This document shows, piece by piece, positions 17,842 to 27,827 of a DNA stretch of 41,852 bases. Source of the stretch: Deltaproteobacteria bacterium. GTDB lineage: Bacteria; Desulfobacterota; Desulfuromonadia; Desulfuromonadales; Geothermobacteraceae. Numbering within the stretch: the stretch's first letter is position 1; each line of letters begins with the position of its first letter. A model generated the notes under the pieces. That model worked only from the letters and a program-made list of their open reading frames with translations, had not been told where the DNA came from and made no database searches. The position numbers were made by a program, and so were the translations under genes. The stretch lies in assembly GCA_003695205.1 (NCBI GenBank), contig RFIO01000174.1:1-41852 (forward strand), read 5' to 3'.

Positions 17842-18590
17842 GATGGATGTGGCTCTTTCTGTTGATTGCGGCCTGCGCTCCGGTCGCGGCCCCGCGACAG
17901 AGGGTCGAGGTTGATCCGGAGCTGTTGCTTCAGGCGCTGACGCGCGCGACCGGGCAGGCTGAGCGGCTGCGGGGGCTGGCCGTGGTTAGCATCAAGTCTC
18001 CGGAAGGTGATTTTCGCGGTCGCCAGGCTCTGGTGGCCGCCCGTCCGGATCGACTCAGGGCTGAAGCTTTGAGTATGTTCGGCCCGCCTCTGATGGTGGT
18101 CGCAACCGACGGTGAACGCCTGCAGGCCTGGTTGCCAGGGCAGAACCGTTTTTATTTCGGTCGTGCCGACGGTAATGGCCTCAGCCGCGTTCTGCGCCTG
18201 CAGGCTACGCCTCGGCAGCTTGTCGCACTGGTGCATCATGCTCCGGGGTACGATAACGCCGATTGGCGCGCGTACCGGGAAACATTTGGTTTTCGCCTGC
18301 TCTCCGACAGGGATGGACTGGCCCGTTCCCTGCTGTTTGACGACCGGATGCGCCTGGTCGGGCTGGAGGTTGAAGCTGAAGGTGCTATCCTGATGAAGGC
18401 GGCCTGGAGCCGCTTTGATGAACAGGACGGTTTTCCCCGCGACCTGACTCTCGAATGGCCGGGCACCGGCAGAAGCCTGCGATTGAGCTTCAAGACCCTG
18501 GAGTTGAATCCTGAGATTCCGGATGGGCTGTTCCAGCTCACTCCGCCCGCCGGGTCGTCCCTCTACCTCATCGACGGAGATGATACATGA
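17838..18590 (+). CDS. Lipoprotein with probable LolA/LolB-like fold (DUF4292-like)
   Basis: MRWMWLFLLIAAC lipobox; RPDRLRAEALSMFG, TDGERL and C-terminal LNPEIPDGLFQLTPPAG recall Lol-fold proteins; ATGA overlap with the TPR gene. Confidence 0.6.
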   Translation: MRWMWLFLLIAACAPVAAPRQRVEVDPELLLQALTRATGQAERLRGLAVVSIKSPEGDFRGRQALVAARPDRLRAEALSMFGPPLMVVATDGERLQAWLPGQNRFYFGRADGNGLSRVLRLQATPRQLVALVHHAPGYDNADWRAYRETFGFRLLSDRDGLARSLLFDDRMRLVGLEVEAEGAILMKAAWSRFDEQDGFPRDLTLEWPGTGRSLRLSFKTLELNPEIPDGLFQLTPPAGSSLYLIDGDDT

Positions 18591-20212
18591 TCAAGTTACG
18601 TCTGACCCTTCTGCTTCTGGTCGCCGTCCTTGTGCTGGTCGGGTGCCAGCAGAAAACCGAAGAGACTGTTGTCCCCGCCGCTGATGCCGGGCCGGCCTAT
18701 GGCGACACCTTCATCGAAGGTTCGATCGCTGAACCGAGCAACCTGCTGCCGATTCTCGCGACCGATGCCGCCTCGGCGGATATCAGTGGACTGGTTTACA
18801 ACGGTCTGGTCCGTTACGACAAGAACCTGGTCCTGGAGGGGGAACTGGCCGAGTCCTGGGATATCTCGCCCGACAACCTGACCATCACCTTTCACCTGCG
18901 CAAGGGAGTCAAATGGCATGACGGCGCGCCCTTTACCTCGGCCGATGTGCTGTTTACCTATCAGCTGTACATCGACCCCGATACTCCGACAGCCTACGCC
19001 GAGGCCTACAAGCAGGTCCGCAGGGCCGAGGCGCCAGATCCCTATACCTTTCGGGTGACCTACCCGAAACCGTACGCGCCGGCTCTGGGCAGCTGGGGAC
19101 TGAACATTCTTCCGAAGCATCTGCTTGAAGGCAAGGACATCACCAAAAGCCCGCTCTCCCGAAGCCCGATCGGTACCGGTCCCTACAGGTTCGTTGAATG
19201 GGTCCCTGGAGAAAAGGTGGTGCTTGAGGCCAACGAAGATTACTTTGAGGGTCGTCCCTACCTGAAACGGGTCGTCTACAGGATCGTTCCAGACCAGTCG
19301 ACCCAGTTCATGGAATTGCAGTCTGGGGGGCTCGACCTGATGGACCTGACCCCGATTCAGTACACCACCCAGACCAACACACCGGCTTTCGCTCGCAACT
19401 TCAACAAGTATCGCTACCTGGCCTTCAGTTACACCTACCTGGGCTACAACCTGGAACGCCCCCTGTTCCAGGACAAGAGGGTGCGCCAGGCGATCTCCTA
19501 CGCCATTGACAAAAAAGAGATTATCGACGGGGTGCTGCTGGGCCTGGGCCAGGCGGCAACCGGGCCCTACAAACCCGATACCTGGGTTTACAATCCGAAA
19601 GTAAAGCGTTACAGTCACGACCCGGACAAGGCCCGAAAGCTGCTGGCCGAGGCAGGATGGACAGACAGTGACGGTGACGGAGTGCTGGACCGGAACGGCA
19701 AGCCCTTCAGGTTCACCATCGTGACCAACCAGGGGAATGACCTGCGCGTCAAGTCGGCGGAGATCATCCAGCGCCGGCTCAAGGAGGTCGGCATCCAGGT
19801 CAAGATCCGGGTGGTCGAGTGGGCAACTTTTCTCAAGGAGTTCATCCACGCCGGCAACTTCGATGCCTGTATTCTTGGCTGGCGCGGAGGGCCGGAACCT
19901 GATCAGTACAACATCTGGCATTCGTCCAAGACAGGTCCCCGGCAACTCAATTTCATTCACTACAAGAACGCCGAGGTGGACGAGCTGCTCGAGAAGGGGC
20001 GGCGAACCTTTGTTCAGGCCGAGCGCAAAAAGATCTACGACCGCTTCCAGGAAATTCTGGCCGAGGAACAGCCCTACACCTTTCTTTACGTCGGTGAGGC
20101 TTTGCCGGCGGTGGCAAAGCGTTTTCGCGGTATCGAACCTGCCCCGGCGGGCATCCTGCACAATTTCATCCGCTGGTACGTACCCGAAGGCGAGCAGAAG
20201 TACGCCCAGTAA
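18587..20212 (+). CDS. Peptide/nickel ABC transporter substrate-binding lipoprotein (family 5)
   Basis: LVGC lipobox, LAESWDIS, FHLRKGVKWHDGAPFTSADV, PIGTGPYRF, VRQAISYAID. Confidence 0.94.
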   Translation: MIKLRLTLLLLVAVLVLVGCQQKTEETVVPAADAGPAYGDTFIEGSIAEPSNLLPILATDAASADISGLVYNGLVRYDKNLVLEGELAESWDISPDNLTITFHLRKGVKWHDGAPFTSADVLFTYQLYIDPDTPTAYAEAYKQVRRAEAPDPYTFRVTYPKPYAPALGSWGLNILPKHLLEGKDITKSPLSRSPIGTGPYRFVEWVPGEKVVLEANEDYFEGRPYLKRVVYRIVPDQSTQFMELQSGGLDLMDLTPIQYTTQTNTPAFARNFNKYRYLAFSYTYLGYNLERPLFQDKRVRQAISYAIDKKEIIDGVLLGLGQAATGPYKPDTWVYNPKVKRYSHDPDKARKLLAEAGWTDSDGDGVLDRNGKPFRFTIVTNQGNDLRVKSAEIIQRRLKEVGIQVKIRVVEWATFLKEFIHAGNFDACILGWRGGPEPDQYNIWHSSKTGPRQLNFIHYKNAEVDELLEKGRRTFVQAERKKIYDRFQEILAEEQPYTFLYVGEALPAVAKRFRGIEPAPAGILHNFIRWYVPEGEQKYAQ

Positions 20213-20242
20213 CAGGCGCAATCAGGGAAGCGAAGGACAACC

Positions 20243-21217
20243 GTGCTCAGGTACATCGGCAAACGTCTGCTGCTGATGATCCCGCTGCTGATCGGGATCA
20301 CTCTGATCTCCTTTGCCGTCATCCATCTGGCGCCAGGAGAGCCAACGGATCTGCAGACCGAGCTCAACCCCGAGGCGAGCGTGGAGTTGCGCGATCGCCT
20401 GAGGGCCCAGTACGGTCTCGATCGGCCTCTGTATGTCCAGTACGCTGACTGGATTGGCCGGCTGGCGCGCCTCGATTTCGGTCGCTCCTTTGCGGGTGAC
20501 CATCGGCCTGTTCTTGACAAGATCGCCGAACGTCTCCCCGTGACCATCCTGATCAACGTCCTGTCGATTCTGGTTATCCTGGCGGTGAGTATCCCAATCG
20601 GCATCCTGTCGGCGATCCGGCGCAATTCCCTGTTTGACCGGTCGACCACGGTCTTTGTCTTCATCGGATTTGCCATGCCGTCCTTCTGGCTGGCCCTGCT
20701 GCTGATGGATGTTTTCGGGGTCCGGCTCGGTCTTTTTCCCATTGCCGGGTTGCGCTCTTTGGGACATGAGTATCTCGACTGGTTTGGTCGCCTGGCCGAC
20801 TATGCAAGCCACCTGGTGATGCCGGTATTCGTTTCGGCTTTCGGTGGATTGGCAGGGTTCAGTCGCTACATGCGGTCCAACATGCTTGAAGTGGTGCGGC
20901 AGGACTATGTTCTGACCGCGCGCGCCAAGGGACTGCCCGAGCGGGCCGTCATTCTGCGGCACGCCCTGCGCAACGCGCTTTTGCCGGTCATTACCATCCT
21001 GGGATTGTCGGTGCCCGGGCTGATCGGCGGCAGCGTAATCTTTGAGACCATCTTCGCCATCCCGGGGATGGGCAAACTGTTTTATGACGGTGTCATGATG
21101 CGCGACTATCCGCTGATCATGGGGGTCCTGGTGCTCGGGGCGGTCCTGACCCTGGTCGGCAACCTGCTGGCCGATGTCGGCTATGCCCTGGCCGACCCGC
21201 GCATCCGCAAATCATAA
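20243..21217 (+). CDS. Peptide ABC transporter permease (OppB/DppB-like)
   Basis: [34 protein letters not shown] (EAA loop), [19 protein letters not shown]; GTG start. Confidence 0.94.
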   Translation: MLRYIGKRLLLMIPLLIGITLISFAVIHLAPGEPTDLQTELNPEASVELRDRLRAQYGLDRPLYVQYADWIGRLARLDFGRSFAGDHRPVLDKIAERLPVTILINVLSILVILAVSIPIGILSAIRRNSLFDRSTTVFVFIGFAMPSFWLALLLMDVFGVRLGLFPIAGLRSLGHEYLDWFGRLADYASHLVMPVFVSAFGGLAGFSRYMRSNMLEVVRQDYVLTARAKGLPERAVILRHALRNALLPVITILGLSVPGLIGGSVIFETIFAIPGMGKLFYDGVMMRDYPLIMGVLVLGAVLTLVGNLLADVGYALADPRIRKS

Positions 21218-21232
21218 CGGGAGGACAGTTTC

Positions 21233-21988
21233 TTGAACGCGAGGAATTTGTCAATCGTCCTGCTACTGGCAATGCTTCTGGGCCAGCTGACCGGCTGTTC
21301 CGGCGGCCAGCCGCGCCAGGTGGCCATTGTCGATTCAGACGGAGACGGCATCATCGATGCCCTGGACCGCTGCCCGGAGTCGGCATTCGGAGCGAGGGTC
21401 GACAGTTACGGTTGTTCGGATGATGCTGATGGCGACGGCGTTTTCGACAGCCTTGATCGCTGTCCTGAGACACCGCGTGGTGTTCTGGTCGACCTGGCCG
21501 GGTGCCTTCGGGACAGCGATGGCGATGGTGTCGCCGACGGGCTTGACCGCTGTGCCGGGACTGATGCGGGGGTGGCCGTGGGCGCCGACGGCTGCCCGCG
21601 ACCAACCGTCGCCACGCAGGACTCGGCTCCTGAACCCGCACCTGTCCGGCTGGAACTCGATCTGCATTTCGCTACCGGCACCTGCCGGCTGCTGCCCGGC
21701 AACGAGGCGGTATTGGCCCGAGGTGAAAAGTTTCTGCGGCGCCATCCCGTCACCAGGGTGGTAGTCGAGGGGCATACGGACAGTGTCGGGCCCGCAGCCT
21801 GGAACCGCACCCTGTCCTGGAAACGGGCCGAGACGGTCGCCGCTATAATGTGCCGGAAACTGGGCTTGCCTCTGGAGAAATTTGAAATCATCGGCTATGG
21901 CGAGAGCCGTCCGGTGGCTGATAACGCAACCCAGGCCGGGCGGGAACGCAACCGCCGCGTGGTTCTTCGCCTGGCTGAAACCCGATGA
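21233..21988 (+). CDS. OmpA-family lipoprotein with thrombospondin type-3-like Ca-binding repeats
   Basis: TTG start after GGAGGA; LTGC lipobox; three DxDGDG repeats; OmpA_C motifs EGHTDSVG, NRTLSWKRA, GYGESRP, NRRV. Confidence 0.88.
   Translation: MNARNLSIVLLLAMLLGQLTGCSGGQPRQVAIVDSDGDGIIDALDRCPESAFGARVDSYGCSDDADGDGVFDSLDRCPETPRGVLVDLAGCLRDSDGDGVADGLDRCAGTDAGVAVGADGCPRPTVATQDSAPEPAPVRLELDLHFATGTCRLLPGNEAVLARGEKFLRRHPVTRVVVEGHTDSVGPAAWNRTLSWKRAETVAAIMCRKLGLPLEKFEIIGYGESRPVADNATQAGRERNRRVVLRLAETR
21332..21601 (+). repeat. Three tandem 90-bp (30-aa) coding repeats DxDGDGxxDxLDRCx...GC
   Basis: Units start at 21332, 21422 and 21512. Confidence 0.85.
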
Positions 21989-22022
21989 AGTTCTTTGACC
22001 TGCGCATATGGAATGAATCTTT

Positions 22023-22649
22023 ATGGCACGAAAAAACCTGAAACTTGGCGAGATGCTGGTCGCTGCCGGCATCATCGATGAATTTCAACTCAATTCGGCG
22101 CTGTCGCTGCAGCGCAATCTCGGCGGGCGCCTGGGGCAGTCGCTGATCCGGCTCGGCTATATCAGTGAAGACAGGCTGCTCAGTTTTCTTTCAGAACAGC
22201 TCAACTGCCCGCGGGTCGACCTGGCGACGGAAAAGATTGCTGGCGACCTTAAGGAACTGATACCGGAAGAGAAGGCACGGCAGTTCAATGTCCTGCCGAT
22301 CCGACGCGGTGCCATGTCCGGAACCGCCTACCTGCTGGTAGCGATGTCGGACCCGACCAACCTGATGGTGATCGATGCCCTGCAGTTCATGACCGGTTGC
22401 CGGATTCGTCCTGCCATTGCGCCGGATGGGCAGATTCGTGAAGCGATCGACAGGTACTATCGTGGTGCTGCTCCCGTTCAGGCCGCACAGGCGCCCGCGG
22501 ACGAAAAAAAAGCGGCTGTTGCTGAATCTGCCGAATCTGGCGTACCCCCACGGCGCTCCCGCAACACGGAGCAGAAGCTGCAAGCCCTTCTGGACAAGCT
22601 GTACGACCTTGGTGTGCTGACCAGGCAGGAATACGAAGAGCTGAGGTAG
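22023..22649 (+). CDS. Stand-alone MshEN / T2SSE N-terminal domain protein (c-di-GMP receptor-like), no ATPase domain
   Basis: KLGEMLVAAGII....LNSALSLQ - RLGQSLIRLGYI....LLSFLSEQ tandem MshEN motif; VAMSDP N1/N2 domain; short C-terminal helical tail (LYDLGVLTRQEYEELR). Confidence 0.85.
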   Translation: MARKNLKLGEMLVAAGIIDEFQLNSALSLQRNLGGRLGQSLIRLGYISEDRLLSFLSEQLNCPRVDLATEKIAGDLKELIPEEKARQFNVLPIRRGAMSGTAYLLVAMSDPTNLMVIDALQFMTGCRIRPAIAPDGQIREAIDRYYRGAAPVQAAQAPADEKKAAVAESAESGVPPRRSRNTEQKLQALLDKLYDLGVLTRQEYEELR

Positions 22650-22663
22650 GCGGACGACGGGAC

Positions 22664-23509
22664 ATGGCACGGGGATTCTTTCGCGATATTGTCTGGCAGC
22701 GTCTGCGGCGCAACCGCATGGCCATGGCCGGTGCAGGTCTGGTGCTGCTGATGTGCCTGCTCGCCACCGCCGCGCCCCTGTTTGGTGTCGATCCCGGTGC
22801 CATCGACATATCCGCCCGGCTCCAGCCTCCCGGCCCCGGCCATCTGCTCGGCACCGACGACCTCGGGCGGGATGTGCTGGTGCGCCTCTGCTACGGTGCC
22901 CGCATCTCCCTGCTGGTCGGTTTTGTCGCCGTCGGCATCGCCACAGCTATCGGCATCATCTTCGGCGCCCTGGCCGGTTACTATGGCGGCGCCTGGGACG
23001 CGGTCATCATGAGGTTCGTCGATATCATGCTCTGCTTCCCATCCTTCTTTCTGATCCTGGCGGTGATCGCATTTCTCGAACCGTCGATCTGGAACATCAT
23101 GATCATCATCGGTCTGACAGGCTGGATGGGGGTGGCGCGTCTGGTGCGCGCCGAATTCCTCTCCCTGCGGGAGCGCGAATTCGTCCTCGCCGCGCGGGTT
23201 CTCGGTGCCAGCGACCTGCGCGTGATCCTGCGCCATATCCTTCCCAATGCCATGTCGCCAGTGCTGGTGCATGCCACCCTCGGGGTGGCCGGCGCCATCC
23301 TGACCGAAAGCGCGCTCTCCTTCCTCGGTATCGGCGTTCAGCCGCCAACTCCGTCCTGGGGCAACATGCTGATTGCCGGCAAGCAGACCCTGGGCACTGC
23401 CTGGTGGCTGTCGGTCTTTCCGGGTCTGGCCATTCTGCTGACCGTGCTCGGTTACAATCTGCTCGGCGAGGGGATTCGCGACGCTCTCGACCCGCGTCTG
23501 AAGGATTGA
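22664..23509 (+). CDS. Peptide ABC transporter permease (OppC/DppC-like)
   Basis: HLLGTDDLGRD, GARISL, EFVLAARVLGAS, RHILPN, ESALSFLGIG, PSWG, GIRDALDPR. Confidence 0.94.
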   Translation: MARGFFRDIVWQRLRRNRMAMAGAGLVLLMCLLATAAPLFGVDPGAIDISARLQPPGPGHLLGTDDLGRDVLVRLCYGARISLLVGFVAVGIATAIGIIFGALAGYYGGAWDAVIMRFVDIMLCFPSFFLILAVIAFLEPSIWNIMIIIGLTGWMGVARLVRAEFLSLREREFVLAARVLGASDLRVILRHILPNAMSPVLVHATLGVAGAILTESALSFLGIGVQPPTPSWGNMLIAGKQTLGTAWWLSVFPGLAILLTVLGYNLLGEGIRDALDPRLKD

Positions 23510-23513
23510 GACC

Positions 23514-23939
23514 ATGCGCGTGGTTCCCTTTGATGCTGATCCGGAAACCCTGATACGCCAGAGAATCGACGCCTTTCGTCGCGGCGAATTCGGTTTCATC
23601 TACGACAGCTACCACTCCGAAGCCCCATTTCTGCGGCAGTTTCCCGACCGGGCGGACTATCTGTCCTACGCGCGCAGTGAGATTGCCGGAAGGATCACCA
23701 TCGAGCGCTTCCGACTGCTGCGCAGCCGGTCATCCGGTGACCGGGCCGAACTGATCTTTCATCAGTTGCTTCGCGGCGAGGGAGGCTATCAGGAGAGCTT
23801 CGAGATGGCGGTCCTGTTGCGGGAGGGCGGCCTGTGGCGCTACCTTGGCAGTAGCAGGATGGACCGCAGTCACTACCGCGGCCGGGTCGAGGATCTCGAT
23901 TTTGACCATTTCGACCAGGGTGGGGTGGTTTTTTTCTGA
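23514..23939 (+). CDS. YchJ-like NTF2-fold protein lacking the SEC-C motif
   Basis: PETLIRQRIDAF..GEFGFIYDSYH and E...LLREGGLWRY resemble the YchJ core. Confidence 0.6.
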   Translation: MRVVPFDADPETLIRQRIDAFRRGEFGFIYDSYHSEAPFLRQFPDRADYLSYARSEIAGRITIERFRLLRSRSSGDRAELIFHQLLRGEGGYQESFEMAVLLREGGLWRYLGSSRMDRSHYRGRVEDLDFDHFDQGGVVFF

Positions 23940-24751
23940 TGCCGGAGTTGCCCGAGGTCGAAACAACCCGCAGAGGGCTGGAACCGCATCTGGCCGGACG
24001 CCGTGTCACTGGCGTGACCGTTCGCAACGGCAGCCTGCGCTGGCCGGTCGAGCCCGACCTGGTCGAACGCCTGGTCGGCGCCCGGCTCAAGGGTATCGGC
24101 CGCCGGGCCAAGTATCTGCTGTTCAACTTCAACTCCGGTACCCTGCTGGTGCACCTCGGCATGTCGGGCAGCCTGCGTCTGGTCGACTCAAGCGTGGCCG
24201 TCGGTCGGCACGACCATGTCGATATCGTTTTTCACCAGACGATTCTGCGGTTGAATGATCCCCGGCGCTTCGGTGCCGTCCTCTGGGCCGGGCGAAATGC
24301 CCGGCAGCACCCGCTGTTGGCCAATCTCGGGGTCGAACCCCTTGGTTCGGACTTCACCGGCCATTGGCTGTACAAGCAGGCCGGGAGGACCAGCCGACCG
24401 GTCAAGCATCTGATCATGGACCAGAAGATCCTGGTCGGTGTTGGCAACATTTACGCCTGTGAAGCGCTCTTCAGGGCCGGCCTGCACCCTGAACGCCGCG
24501 CTTCGGATCTTGATATGGATGAGTGTCGGCGACTTGTCGCGGCCGTGAAGGCTGTTCTTGAAGAAGCCCTTGATGCCGGCGGCACCACCCTCAAGGATTT
24601 TACCCGCGCCGACGGTCGGCCCGGTTACTTCTCCCAAAGCCTGGCGGTTTACGGGCGCGCCGGGCAACCCTGCACGAGCTGTTATCAACCGGTCGCGGTA
24701 ACGCGCATGAGCAACCGCTCGACCTTTTTCTGTCCCCGTTGCCAGAGGTGA
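23939..24751 (+). CDS. mutM: Formamidopyrimidine-DNA glycosylase (Fpg)
   Basis: MPELPEVE, RRAKYL, HLGMSG, DPRRFG, GVGNIYA, zinc finger CTSC...CPRCQ. Confidence 0.97.
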   Translation: MPELPEVETTRRGLEPHLAGRRVTGVTVRNGSLRWPVEPDLVERLVGARLKGIGRRAKYLLFNFNSGTLLVHLGMSGSLRLVDSSVAVGRHDHVDIVFHQTILRLNDPRRFGAVLWAGRNARQHPLLANLGVEPLGSDFTGHWLYKQAGRTSRPVKHLIMDQKILVGVGNIYACEALFRAGLHPERRASDLDMDECRRLVAAVKAVLEEALDAGGTTLKDFTRADGRPGYFSQSLAVYGRAGQPCTSCYQPVAVTRMSNRSTFFCPRCQR

Positions 24752-24753
24752 TC

Positions 24754-25179
24754 ATGAGTGACTTTCATTTCAGCATGCCCCTGAGGGTCAGGGTACGCGA
24801 CCTCAACTATGGCGGCCACGTCGGCAACGACGTGGTTCTGGGTTATTTTCAGGAAGGGAGAGCCGGCTACCTGGGCCGAATTGGCGGTTTCAGCGAGGTC
24901 GATATCGGCGGGTGCGGTATCATTCTGCCGGAGGCCCACGTCAACTACCGGGCAGAGATGTTTCTTGGAGACGAACTGGAACTGAAGGTACGCATCGGCG
25001 AGCTGGGCCGTTCATCCATGCGCATGGAATACCGTTTGGAAAGGGCAGGGGAGGTGACCGCCGACGGCTGGACGGCACTGGTTGCCTTCGACTACGGCCG
25101 CCGCCGGCCGGTGCGTCTGCCTCAGGGGTTCGTCGAGGCGGTCACGCGTTTCGAGACCGGGGAGAAGGACAATGAATGA
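24754..25179 (+). CDS. Hotdog-fold acyl-CoA thioesterase (4-HBT/FadM-like)
   Basis: RVRVRDLNYGGHVGN...YFQEGR; ELGRSS; RRPVRLP. Confidence 0.85.
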   Translation: MSDFHFSMPLRVRVRDLNYGGHVGNDVVLGYFQEGRAGYLGRIGGFSEVDIGGCGIILPEAHVNYRAEMFLGDELELKVRIGELGRSSMRMEYRLERAGEVTADGWTALVAFDYGRRRPVRLPQGFVEAVTRFETGEKDNE

Positions 25180-25354
25180 AATCAGGGTGTGTCAGCAGTG
25201 CGGCTATCAGCGGGGATTTCACGTCAGCGTGCGCCTGTCGGGTGACCAGGGTCGGCTGGTTTTGATCTGTCCCGGCTGCGGTCAGAGCTATGATCCCGGC
25301 TGGAAGGTTGCCCTGGAACAGGTGCCGCCGAAGCCTCTGGTTCAACACATGTAA
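25172..25354 (+). CDS. Small zinc-ribbon-like protein (60 aa)
   Basis: CQQCGYQRGFH...ICPGCGQSYD; GAAGGA RBS; overlaps the thioesterase stop. Confidence 0.7.
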   Translation: MNEIRVCQQCGYQRGFHVSVRLSGDQGRLVLICPGCGQSYDPGWKVALEQVPPKPLVQHM

Positions 25355-25355
25355 A

Positions 25356-25397
25356 ACCGGGAGCGGGCAGACCGTACGCGGTCCGCCCGCTCCCGGT
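25356..25397. terminator. GC-rich hairpin between convergent genes
   Basis: ACCGGGAGCGGGC / GCCCGCTCCCGGT perfect arms with an inner GACC/GGTC; T-tract on the minus strand. Confidence 0.7.
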
Positions 25398-25402
25398 ACT
25401 GG

Positions 25403-25870
25403 TCAGTGCGCCGGCACGATGGAATCGAGTGTCAGTTCGTAGCGCAGGTCCTCACCTGCGAGAGGGTGATTGGTGTCGAGGGTGACGAAGTCGGCCTCGA
25501 TGCCGGTTATCCAGGCAGGGTAGACCTGGTCATCCTCCCCCTCGAGTTCGAGCATCATGTGTTCCTCAAGGTCGAAATCGTCGGGAAATTCGCTGCGCGG
25601 CACCGCGACCACTCCACGCTCATCCCGCTGCCCGAAAGCCTGGTCGGCGCTCAGTTCGACCACCCTGGTTTCTCCTACCTGCATGCCGATAATGGCCTGC
25701 TCCAGGGCCGGAAAAACTTCGTCGCCGCCGATGGTGAATTCCAGCGGGCCATCGCCGCCGCAGCCGCAGTCGTCCCCGTGCGGGTCGCTGGAAGAGTCGA
25801 ATACGGTCCCGTCCTTCAGGGTGGCGACAAAGGTAAAGCTGACCCGGTCGCCCTGCTTGATTCCGCTCAT
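25403..25870 (-). CDS. FKBP-type peptidyl-prolyl isomerase (SlyD/SlpA-like)
   Basis: GTVFDSS, PLEFTIG, LEQAIIGM, AFGQRD, LDTNHPLAG; AAAGGA RBS before ATG 25870. Confidence 0.9.
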   Translation of the reverse strand: MSGIKQGDRVSFTFVATLKDGTVFDSSSDPHGDDCGCGGDGPLEFTIGGDEVFPALEQAIIGMQVGETRVVELSADQAFGQRDERGVVAVPRSEFPDDFDLEEHMMLELEGEDDQVYPAWITGIEADFVTLDTNHPLAGEDLRYELTLDSIVPAH

Positions 25871-25920
25871 TCTCGTTCTGTCCTTTCTCGGCCCCTTCGG
25901 GCCTCCTGATCGTTTTCCCC

Positions 25921-25949
25921 AGCCTACCCTGAATGGGTACCGGCCGCAA
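25921..25949 (-). promoter_or_regulatory. Putative sigma70 promoter of the FKBP gene
   Basis: TTGCGG-17 bp-TAGGCT. Confidence 0.4.
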
Positions 25950-25955
25950 GCGCAC

Positions 25956-25990
25956 AAAAAAAGCGGGCTCCGGCAGAGACCGGAGCCCGC
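25956..25990 (-). terminator. Intrinsic terminator after the fumarase gene
   Basis: GCGGGCTCCGG/CCGGAGCCCGC stem followed by T7 on the minus strand. Confidence 0.85.
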
Positions 25991-26013
25991 GCTGGTTGAT
26001 GAATGAATTCGCC

Positions 26014-27636
<1,623 letters not shown>

Positions 27637-27699
27637 GATCATCTCTCCTTTTCGATCAGATCGGGGAGGGCCTGTTCGCCATCCCATTGCAACCCCGGC

Positions 27700-27728
27700 A
27701 TTATAGGAAGAATGGTATACGCTTGCAA
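27700..27728 (-). promoter_or_regulatory. Sigma70 promoter of the fumarase gene
   Basis: TTGCAA-17 bp-TATAAT on the minus strand. Confidence 0.7.
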
Positions 27729-27827
27729 AGTTAAAAACGGTTTCATCTCGCTGCATCCGATTCGGCTTTGTTTTGCCAACAGGGTCGGTTTTGGTTAAGG
27801 TGTTTGCTGGTTTGCCAGGAGGGTGCC

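Noticed and set aside
27713-27727. TGGTATACGCTTGCA sigma54-like site before ilvA
   Set aside because: GG-GC spacing is 9 rather than 10; the sequence is explained by the minus-strand sigma70 promoter of the fumarase gene.
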